Below are positions 18,604 to 26,619 of a stretch of DNA of 32,000 nucleotides, one piece after another. The notes under the pieces were generated by a model. That model did no database searches. It had not been told where the DNA came from and was given only the letters and a program-made list of their open reading frames with translations. Origin of the DNA: Calothrix sp. NIES-4105 (lineage in GTDB: Bacteria > Cyanobacteriota > Cyanobacteriia > Cyanobacteriales > Nostocaceae); assembly GCA_002368415.1 (NCBI GenBank), contig AP018290.1, positions 10,893,121-10,925,120 of the forward strand, given 5' to 3'. The position numbers and the translations under genes were made by a program. The stretch's first letter is position 1. Each line of letters starts with the position of its first letter.

Positions 18604-19699
18604 CTCTTGCTGCCAAATACTTGTCGTACTCTATCCGTAAATCGTTATCTGTTAAATGCACATAGGTATTAATGGTGGTTTGAATATCTGTATGTCCTAA
18701 CCGTTTTTGCACATACGCCATTTCCCAGCCTGACCTGATTAATTCTGTTGCATGAGTATGTCTCAATAAGTGTGGATTAACTTTTATGTCAGTTTTTTTA
18801 GACAATCTCCTAAATAAACTATCAACAGTTTTGTAACTTAATGGTGTACCAATTTTTCCCTTTCCCGGAGCTTGAATAACTACAAAAACAAAGTCACAGT
18901 CAATATCTTCTGGGTACTCGTCAATTAAATAAGCTGAGTACCATTGCATAAGTTCTTTACTAACATGAACTATCCGTTCTACTCCAGATTTAGCTCTAAC
19001 GTAGTTAATATTATCTAATCTTGGTACAACATGAATCTCATTGTTTTTACCTGTAACCATATCTTCATGTCTCAGCCCCAGAGCCTCCCCTATTCGTAGC
19101 CCTGTTTCGTATAACAACCTGACTAAAAATTTATCTCGTAATGTGTTACAAGCGGAGACTAATTTGTTAACTTCTTCAGCAGTTAAACATCCAGGGAATT
19201 TTTTCGGCTCTTTAATTTTTAGCAACCGCGTTTTAACTTCTTTCCCTTTACTTATATGGTGTAAAAAAGGTTTATATTTACGACCTGGCTGTAATTGATA
19301 GCGATAAACATAAACGTCAACTTCTTTGGTTACTTCAATACGTTCTTGAAACTCATAAAATCCACAAACAGTTGTTAAACAGTGATTAATTGTTTTCTCG
19401 CAACGTTTGGAAACTTGTGGTTGGATAGATAATACTCCTGAATTAGGATTTCTCAGCCAATGGATAAAGTTTGATAACTCCTCCATATTTATCTCAAACC
19501 AACTTAGCTTTGAATCCTTTAAGAACGCCCAAAACAGCTTCAGGTTATGAGCATAAGTTTGAATCGTATTTGGAGAACGCCCTACACTGTCTAAATAATG
19601 CAAGTACTTTTGAATTGGCTCAATGGGTAAATAGTCATCGTCCAGTACCATCCAAACCGGACGGTCGGTGTCTGGGATGATACCCTTTTGAACTTTCAT
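18584..19699 (-). CDS. Site-specific tyrosine recombinase (Tn554 TnpA-like)
   Basis: TGLRIGEALGLRHEDM, HLLRHTHATEL, RLGHTDIQTTINTYVHL. The track start at 19765 is a TTG; an in-frame ATG at 19699 (MKVQKGIIPDTDRPVW) is more likely. Confidence 0.9.
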   Translation of the reverse strand: MKVQKGIIPDTDRPVWMVLDDDYLPIEPIQKYLHYLDSVGRSPNTIQTYAHNLKLFWAFLKDSKLSWFEINMEELSNFIHWLRNPNSGVLSIQPQVSKRCEKTINHCLTTVCGFYEFQERIEVTKEVDVYVYRYQLQPGRKYKPFLHHISKGKEVKTRLLKIKEPKKFPGCLTAEEVNKLVSACNTLRDKFLVRLLYETGLRIGEALGLRHEDMVTGKNNEIHVVPRLDNINYVRAKSGVERIVHVSKELMQWYSAYLIDEYPEDIDCDFVFVVIQAPGKGKIGTPLSYKTVDSLFRRLSKKTDIKVNPHLLRHTHATELIRSGWEMAYVQKRLGHTDIQTTINTYVHLTDNDLRIEYDKYLAARDGENEQ

Positions 19700-19762
19700 C
19701 TCACTGCCCCCAATACCGATATTTACGCTATAGACGTAGTTTACTATAAAGCGTAAATATGA

Positions 19763-19803
19763 CAACAGCGTAGTGATAAAACTTAATATCAGCTACGCTG
19801 TTG
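19763..19803. repeat. Hairpin, possible IS200/IS605 end structure
   Basis: CAACAGCGTAG (19763-19773) / CTACGCTGTTG (19793-19803) perfect 11 bp arms, with an inner GATA/TATC pairing. Confidence 0.8.
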
Positions 19804-19823
19804 TTGTTGTTGTTATTTATAAT

Positions 19824-21233
19824 TTAATAAGAGATAACTTGCGGTATAGTGTAGGCATCCGAAAGAGTCTTTTTCAAGATATCAATGATTTCCTTCGCGG
19901 TACTTTCTTCCATAGTTCCAACTACAGAAATCTTCCCACTACGGCGTCTTATTCTGGGGAAAATGCCCAACCCCAGTCGCTTCAAATTAATAGAGGCATT
20001 AATGTCTCTATCAACTTTCAACATTTCTTTCTCATCCCAATATTCTGGAATATCAGTATCAGTAAAAACTATTTCATTCCGATAGCTGAGAACTTGGGAA
20101 GAATACGCAGGATTTTGAGGTATTACAACGGCTCCAGCTTTTCCGGCTATGTGACCCAATATCTCAAAAAACTGTCCAAAAGCAGCATCCATCCAAGACT
20201 TATTCAATCCCGACTTTGCAGATTGTCCATTTGGCAAATATTTACCATCTTCGTCTTGTTTGGGTGCATTTCTTTTGCTCAAACCTTGTAAATTTAACTT
20301 TTCTGGGAAAAATACTTTCTTCCCAGTACGGACTAGTTTGTGAGCAGTTTTATATTGAAAATCTTTACGACTTCTAGCTATTTTTTGATGCCGTCGAGCT
20401 TCTTTTTTAGCTAGTTTACGTCGTGACTTACTGCCACGTTTACGTTTATTTCTATCTATCGAAATTTTGTCTAGTTTGTGCTGATTCCTGCGTAAAGATT
20501 TTAAACTTGCTAATTTAGTCCCTTCAGATGTTGCTAGATAATCATCTTCGTGCAAAACAGCATCTAATCCTATTGAATTTTCCCATGTTGGGGTAATTGA
20601 ATCAGGATTAAATTCCGGCACAGAAGTATCTTCTAGGCACATTTGCATGTACCAACCGTCAACCTTTTTAGTTACACCAACTTGTTTTAATTTAAAACCA
20701 AGTGGCAACGGTCGATGCATTCTAACTTTAACAACTCCAAGTTTCGGCAGACGCAAATAAAGCCAATTCTTACGAACTAGTTTTATCCAATCATCATTTG
20801 CACTTGCGAATGTCATGGTTCGGAAACTCGCTTCTGTTTTAAAGCGTGGTTTACCTGACCGCTTACCATTACAATCACCAAGAATATAACGAGCGAAAGC
20901 TTCATCAACTCGTTTACAAATATCCTGAAGGATAGTTGAGTCAACACGAGTAAAATCAAGCAATTCCCCGCTATGCATTACCCGAACCAAGTCTTGCTTG
21001 ATAATGGGTAATTGCAATTTCTGATTGTAATAATTTGGGCGATTCCCAAACAGTGTTGGAAATATTTCTTTCCACTGCGGAAATGCTTGTAATTGCAAGT
21101 GATTATTCTGCCACCAAGTGAAGCGTTCACCCAACTGACGGTTATACCAGTAACGGGAGATCCGCAACCAATCATTAAGCTCTAGCTTTTGATTAGTGTC
21201 TGGATAAAATTTATACTGGTATGTAGTCTTCAT
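19824..21233 (-). CDS. tnpB: IS200/IS605-family TnpB (RNA-guided nuclease family) without zinc-ribbon cysteines
   Basis: IGLDAVLHEDDYLATSEG (Asp), FFPEKLNLQGL (Glu), VDRDINASINLKRLG (Asp). The track start at 21308 overlaps tnpA; ATG at 21233 (MKTTYQYKFYPDTNQK) is the likely start. Confidence 0.9.
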   Translation of the reverse strand: MKTTYQYKFYPDTNQKLELNDWLRISRYWYNRQLGERFTWWQNNHLQLQAFPQWKEIFPTLFGNRPNYYNQKLQLPIIKQDLVRVMHSGELLDFTRVDSTILQDICKRVDEAFARYILGDCNGKRSGKPRFKTEASFRTMTFASANDDWIKLVRKNWLYLRLPKLGVVKVRMHRPLPLGFKLKQVGVTKKVDGWYMQMCLEDTSVPEFNPDSITPTWENSIGLDAVLHEDDYLATSEGTKLASLKSLRRNQHKLDKISIDRNKRKRGSKSRRKLAKKEARRHQKIARSRKDFQYKTAHKLVRTGKKVFFPEKLNLQGLSKRNAPKQDEDGKYLPNGQSAKSGLNKSWMDAAFGQFFEILGHIAGKAGAVVIPQNPAYSSQVLSYRNEIVFTDTDIPEYWDEKEMLKVDRDINASINLKRLGLGIFPRIRRRSGKISVVGTMEESTAKEIIDILKKTLSDAYTIPQVISY

Positions 21234-21301
21234 AAACGCTCCGACAAGAGCGTAATTGACTTGGTGTTTGAATATGGTTATACTATCAAAGTGTTTATAC
21301 G

Positions 21302-21721
21302 GTGTCAAGCGTGAAAGAAGATTTTATTTCCCGTGCCAGAGGGGTGTCAGACCTCAAGGCACATTTGGTGTTGACTACAAAGTACCGTAGAAAAGTATTT
21401 ACAGGAGAAATGATTAATCGGCTGCATGAAATACTGAAAGAACTATTGAAAAAATGGGATTGTGAAGTGGTTGATTTTAACGGCGAATCTGATCATGTAC
21501 ACTTGCTTTTTCGTTACACTCCACAAACTGAACTACCCAAATTTATTAATAACGTTAAGACTGTCACAAGTCGTTACTTACGCAAAGAATTTGCTGATAG
21601 AATTAATCAATTTTATAAAAAAGATGTTCTTTGGAATGGCTCATATTTTATTGCATCGTGTGGAGGCATAACAGTTGAAACACTTAAAAAGTATGTCGAA
21701 TCCCAAAACAAGCCTGAATAA
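21302..21721 (+). CDS. tnpA: IS200-like Y1 transposase TnpA
   Basis: 139 aa, GTG start. SDHVHLLFRY (HUH motif) and VETLKKYVESQ (catalytic Tyr). Confidence 0.92.
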   Translation: MSSVKEDFISRARGVSDLKAHLVLTTKYRRKVFTGEMINRLHEILKELLKKWDCEVVDFNGESDHVHLLFRYTPQTELPKFINNVKTVTSRYLRKEFADRINQFYKKDVLWNGSYFIASCGGITVETLKKYVESQNKPE

Positions 21722-21810
21722 TTTGTCAAAAATACAACGGGAGCATCCACTTGTTCCTAATTAATCAGGAATTTGGTGGAAGGGGCGTTATATTTTTGAC
21801 TGCCTTATAT

Positions 21811-21843
21811 CCCGACACCAACCACTTCGTGGTATGGTGCGGG
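21811..21843. repeat. Imperfect hairpin, probable IS200/IS605 end
   Basis: CCCG-a-CACC-c-ACCAC ttc GTGGT-at-GGTG-CGGG read as an imperfect hairpin. Confidence 0.75.
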
Positions 21844-21928
21844 GCTTACGGCAAGAAGCTAAATTAAATATGTAGTGTTGGGTTCCGCAAAGCCTTCACC
21901 CAACCAACGAGTTTATCCGTTACATCCG

Positions 21929-24490
21929 TTATATCCGTTGCCCACTTTCACCCATCATAATTCCCCGTCCTGTCAAAGCTACATACACTAAGTTAGGTGT
22001 ACGCATATCACCTTCCATATAAGTAATCCCTGGAAATTGTAATACATCAGGGTCGCTGATACGAATCCATGATTTACCCATATCTTCAGATTTATATATC
22101 GCGTCTTTAGTCGCGTTATTTACACGTCCAAATATGTAAATATACGGATGTTTATTTGATTTACCTTTGCCAAACGTTATAAATTCACAGCTATTAACTG
22201 ATGTGATTTTATTAAAAGTCTTTCCACCGTCAGTTGAATGATACAAAGGATTTCCATTTACATCTTCAGGGTTACGCGCGAAACTTATCCAAATGTCTCC
22301 TTGTTGTGTAGGATTACTTATAATAGCAGGGCGAATTAGCCAACCAGGAAAATTACTAGCTGCACTTTTATTCCAATTGGCGCCACCATCATTACTATAA
22401 TAGAAGCCATCAACATTGAAGTAATAGAAAGTTTTACCTTGGGGGTCTTTTCTATCTGCTGCTAAAATATATGAACTTAACCAAGGATTAATACTGTTTG
22501 ACCATGATTTAGGTAAAGCTTGGTAGTGAAGATGGTCGTTGTTTTTTTCGTCAAACGGTTGAGGTGGGGGATTATAATCTAAATTGCGCGCAATTCTCCA
22601 AGTTTTACCACCATCATTAGTATAGTGTGTCCAAGTTCCCCAAGTTGGCGCCCATACCATATTTTGCGGATTAGTTGGGGACATGGCAATTTGTCCACCT
22701 ATTGCATAAACTTTCTCTTTTCCTGACTTGTCACTTTTCCAAAGTTCTTCTGTAGGGATAGACTCGAATGCTTTCCAAGTTCGACCATTATCGCTAGTTA
22801 CACCATGTATTCCCCAAAACCCTTGCCATTGATGAAAACCTACAAACGCCGCATAATCAGGATTATTGTAGGAATAGTCCATTCCTGTTGCACCTGCTAC
22901 GTGAGGAAATGGAACGGGATATACTTTCCAGTCAGGGTTTGCCGATTTGAAACTAGGATTAATAAGTACACCTTGTGGGCTAATACTTTTTGTTGGTACT
23001 TCATAGCGGCTAACATGGCGAAACCCTATTTTATCTTGTGTAGCGCTTAATAAATCTGCACCCCCTTGTGCTTTAGGTTTGGGTGGTACCCGCACCATAT
23101 TTGAGTCTAATTCTTCTAAATTATTCATCAACCATTGGTAAACAGGAGTTTTAACCGTCACATCATCACTACTTGCAACTCCCCAACCGTTTGTCCACCA
23201 AACTTTTTTTAAATTACTTGGGTCAAATATAATTGATGCGGCGCCAGTTGAAGCGTAAGATTGATAGTAGCCTGGTGCAGTAGGATTCACTTTATCCTTG
23301 GGATTGTTTGCATCAAAGGCGCCCATATACATTGTTTGTTTATTCCAACTTTGTCCACCATTGGTGGACATATAAACAAACTTATCAGCAACTGCCATTA
23401 TTGTGTTAGGTTGATTTGGCTGTACGGTAATAGCTGAATAGACTCTTTCTTCTGCATCAGGTGTGATAGATGTCCAATTACCATTACTATACTTACGAAT
23501 ACTTCCTGATGTATTTTGACCATTACCACCCCAAGTTCCAAATGCTACATATAATGTTCCATCACTAGCAACTGCCGCGCGTAAAGGATTATTGGCGCCT
23601 TCAATATTATTCCACGAATTACCACCATCAGTACTGCGCCAAACTCCGCTGCCATGAACACCTACATATATAGTTTGTGTTTTACCTATACTTTTTGCTT
23701 TGTCAAACACAACAAATGTAAAACCAGGTATATCTTTATTTTCCTTACCATCTTTTTGATATTCTGGCAGACTACTAGGTTCAGGTAAATTACCTGTAAC
23801 GCGCGTCCAATCTGCATTACCGTCTTTTCTCCATAGACCATCACGTCGCGAAGCAAAGTAAATTAATTCTGATTTATTTGGGTCAACTGCTAACCGTTCC
23901 CCTGTATCTGAACGATATGCTTGATTTGGGCCAACATAAATATTATGTTTCCCTAAACCTGTTGGTTGCCATGTAACACCTTTATTACTAGATACTAATA
24001 TTTCACCTGAATATTTATATTTAAGCTTTTCTTCATCTTTAAAAGTCAAATTATTACGATTTATGGCAGCATAGACACGACTTGTCAATCCATCAACAGT
24101 AATACTTTCTACGCCAATTCCACCAGAGGAGAAATTAGTATCAAACATGTCCATCAAAGGCAACCATGTTTTATTCTCACGGTCAAAACGATAGGCGCCA
24201 CCAATATCAGTACGAACGTATACATCATAAGGCGAAGTTGGATTAATTACTAAACCTGTAACATAACCCATTCCTTGAATATTCACATTGCGCCAAGTAA
24301 ACAAGTTATTTCCTTGTGTTGACCTTATAGGTACTGGTGGAGGTGCTTTTGCGCGTACTAAAACAGGTGCTTGTACTGTTTCATTTTGAACACCCTCCAC
24401 AACAGGAGCTTGTGTACAAGCGTGTAAATTTAATAGTACTAACACACTTGCTGTCAATTGTAATAAGAATAAAATTAGGCGCCGTTTCAT
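21929..24490 (-). CDS. GH74-like / BNR-sialidase-like beta-propeller lipoprotein
   Basis: 853 aa. Lipobox-like LLNLHAC; YVRTDIGGAYRFDRENKTWLPLMD, RLAVDPNKSELIYFASRRDGLWR; repeated Asp-box motifs such as STNGGQSW, TNDGGKTW, SNDGGANW, STDGGKTF. Confidence 0.8.
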   Translation of the reverse strand: MKRRLILFLLQLTASVLVLLNLHACTQAPVVEGVQNETVQAPVLVRAKAPPPVPIRSTQGNNLFTWRNVNIQGMGYVTGLVINPTSPYDVYVRTDIGGAYRFDRENKTWLPLMDMFDTNFSSGGIGVESITVDGLTSRVYAAINRNNLTFKDEEKLKYKYSGEILVSSNKGVTWQPTGLGKHNIYVGPNQAYRSDTGERLAVDPNKSELIYFASRRDGLWRKDGNADWTRVTGNLPEPSSLPEYQKDGKENKDIPGFTFVVFDKAKSIGKTQTIYVGVHGSGVWRSTDGGNSWNNIEGANNPLRAAVASDGTLYVAFGTWGGNGQNTSGSIRKYSNGNWTSITPDAEERVYSAITVQPNQPNTIMAVADKFVYMSTNGGQSWNKQTMYMGAFDANNPKDKVNPTAPGYYQSYASTGAASIIFDPSNLKKVWWTNGWGVASSDDVTVKTPVYQWLMNNLEELDSNMVRVPPKPKAQGGADLLSATQDKIGFRHVSRYEVPTKSISPQGVLINPSFKSANPDWKVYPVPFPHVAGATGMDYSYNNPDYAAFVGFHQWQGFWGIHGVTSDNGRTWKAFESIPTEELWKSDKSGKEKVYAIGGQIAMSPTNPQNMVWAPTWGTWTHYTNDGGKTWRIARNLDYNPPPQPFDEKNNDHLHYQALPKSWSNSINPWLSSYILAADRKDPQGKTFYYFNVDGFYYSNDGGANWNKSAASNFPGWLIRPAIISNPTQQGDIWISFARNPEDVNGNPLYHSTDGGKTFNKITSVNSCEFITFGKGKSNKHPYIYIFGRVNNATKDAIYKSEDMGKSWIRISDPDVLQFPGITYMEGDMRTPNLVYVALTGRGIMMGESGQRI

Positions 24491-24633
24491 CCGCTTACCT
24501 ATGAATATAAAATATCCCAGAATAAATTATGCCGTAGGATAGGCATCTCGCCTGTGCTACAAAAGAATTTATTTTATACTACTAGTGTGTAATATTATAA
24601 TACATGACATAAATAGATTTATATTTAACAGCT

Positions 24634-25041
24634 ATGGTGACGTACAAAAGCGATTTGAGCAATGTAGACTGGGATGAGATGAAAACGACTCTCAATAAAG
24701 ATGCCTTTGATAATGGCAGAACTCCCCAACAGCTTCAAGTATCTTTTCAAAACAGTTATGCAACTTGTATTGCTTATATTGATAACCGTATAGTTGGTAC
24801 TGCGCGCGTATTATCAGATGGTATTTGTAACGCTTATATAGTCGATGTTTGGACTTTCACACCTTATCGGCGCCAGGGTATTGCAAGTAAAATGATTACA
24901 TTGCTAATGGAAAAATTACCAGGGCAGCATGTATCTTTATTTACTGATGATGCTTTGGAATTCTATAAAAAACAAGGTTTTACTGAACGTGAAACCTGTA
25001 TGGAAAAAGTTGTTGGTAGATGGTTAGTAAATCATTTATAA
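24634..25041 (+). CDS. GNAT family N-acetyltransferase
   Basis: VWTFTPYRRQGIASKMITLLMEKL acetyl-CoA loop; LEFYKKQGFTERE. Confidence 0.93.
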   Translation: MVTYKSDLSNVDWDEMKTTLNKDAFDNGRTPQQLQVSFQNSYATCIAYIDNRIVGTARVLSDGICNAYIVDVWTFTPYRRQGIASKMITLLMEKLPGQHVSLFTDDALEFYKKQGFTERETCMEKVVGRWLVNHL

Positions 25042-25595
25042 AATTTTCAATTTGTTCTTCTTTTTCTTACTTTGCGTCCTTAGCGTTCTTTGCGGTTTAT
25101 TATAAACCTAGATAATTAATTCCGTATAAATAGTTCTTCTGTCAATACTTGGAGTTTGTATTGTGTTCACAACTATGAAGCACAGCAGAATGATAAACAA
25201 ATCGCAAAAACTATACTTAAGATAGATGTAATCTGTAAATGGTTAACCCGTGTTGATTCTCTAAAGTATTTTAATGAATACGCACGCTTCTTTCCTAGCT
25301 CACCGGAATGCACCATCAGCTTATTGAGAATAAAAAAGCTTATAATGCTTATTCTTACGTAGGGTAGGCTTAAGCCACAGAAGCGATTATTGAGAAGGTG
25401 TAAGATGTAAGCTAGCTCTTTACTAGCTTTAAGCTATAATTTAACACTTCTGACTACGAGGATTTAAAAGGATTTCAGTATAATTGGATTATGTCGTTGC
25501 AAAGCTTGATTTTCTCAATTGCGATTTTATCCTTGGAAGACGCTTTGCTAATGCTATATATTAATAAAAAATTTATCTTTACGGGAATCTCTCTG

Positions 25596-25877
25596 ATGAA
25601 ACGTGCTTTTCGCAAATATCACCGCGTAATCGCTATTATTGTTTCTTTACCTGTGGCTATAACTGTATTGACTGGGATAATTGTAACTATGGTTGGTGAG
25701 TGGGGTGTCAATATCGGACTAACTCGCCATGTCCTGTTAAGTATTCACACAGGAGAAATATTTCACCTCGAAGGGATTTACCCAATTTTAAATGGATTGG
25801 GGTTAATTGGGTTATTGGTAACGGGGTTGAGTATGTCAGGTTTGTTTGGTAAAGCCACCCGTCCACAAATAAAGTAA
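25596..25877 (+). CDS. PepSY-associated transmembrane protein (short)
   Basis: MKRAFRKYHRVIAIIVSLPVAITVLTGIIVTMVGEWG...HTGEIFHLEGIYPILNGLGLIGLLVTGLSM; start chosen at 25596 rather than 25491. Confidence 0.65.
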   Translation: MKRAFRKYHRVIAIIVSLPVAITVLTGIIVTMVGEWGVNIGLTRHVLLSIHTGEIFHLEGIYPILNGLGLIGLLVTGLSMSGLFGKATRPQIK

Positions 25878-26619
25878 GTTTTAAATGTCTTGCTGCCAAG
25901 ATTGTCCTTTGTCTTCACTGCCAAAATTAATCCGCCAATAATAATTGTTTTTTTGATTCATGTTAATCATTTTTAACTTGCATCCACCAATGTAATTTTT
26001 ACAGTTTGTTTTAATTCATTAAATTGATATATATGTTGCTCCTGAAGCTTTTATCACGTCGAACGTGCGTATTGAATTGCAAGCAACCGTATAAACGATA
26101 AGTTAATAACTTATGAAGAAACAACTTAAATATACAAATTTCATTTATAGTTACTATTTATTCGTTAAAATTTTATTATTTACGATTTAATTTAGTATTT
26201 CACATTTGTGTCAACTATATCAAGTCTAAACGTTAATTTTAAATTAATTCTACATATTAAGCATAATGATCACAAAGTAAAAACTCGTAAATAAAGTATT
26301 TTTTATACTTAGTTTTGGATTGTACTTAAGTATACGCATAAAGATATATTAACTACTTTATACCAGCAGCGCGTTCGTTACTCCGTAGTGTAGTTTATAA
26401 CACCAAAGCCTAAATCTCACTAGTTATTGACTCGCACGCCTAAAAGGAGACACCATAAATAATCCGCAACAATTAACCTATTAGATCACTACCAAGACGC
26501 TTACTACCATCTAAAATTAAAAAAGGTTTGATTGTGGGTAAATTGCAGTAAAAAGAAGTAGCAAAATCTGATACCGTAACTAGTAAAAATAAATGTAATA
26601 TTTATTACATATAACCGCT

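Larger units (their letters stand above)
19755..21850. mobile_element. IS200/IS605-family insertion sequence with divergent tnpA/tnpB
   Basis: Divergent tnpA and tnpB, hairpins outside each stop codon (19763-19803 and 21811-21843). Exact ends not determined. Confidence 0.75.
14687..22189. mobile_element. Putative integrated element (island) with Tn554-like recombinases, DnaB-type helicase and a nested or adjacent IS200/IS605 element
   Basis: Two tyrosine recombinases plus DUF6262-like protein between direct copies of the GH74-like 3' end. Candidate crossover core TTATAAATTCACA at 14687-14699 and 22177-22189. No GGCGCC inside. Exact ends are inferred. Confidence 0.6.

Noticed and set aside
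16146-19765. Interpretation as a RIT (recombinase-in-trio) element
   Set aside because: RIT elements carry three tyrosine recombinases. The third gene here is a coiled-coil protein without the R-H-R-Y residues, so a Tn554-like arrangement fits better.
19773-20291. 172 aa + strand ORF (and 19885-20085 +)
   Set aside because: Entirely antisense to tnpB and its 3' flank, no recognisable motif; the ORF is a by-product of the coding strand.
25156-25362. 68 aa + strand ORF in the intergenic region after the GNAT
   Set aside because: No recognisable family or clear ribosome-binding context; composition looks random.
26161-26600. Long AT-rich intergenic stretch before the response regulator as an RNA gene
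   Set aside because: I could not support a tRNA, rRNA or conserved ncRNA fold by eye; probably an upstream regulatory region.
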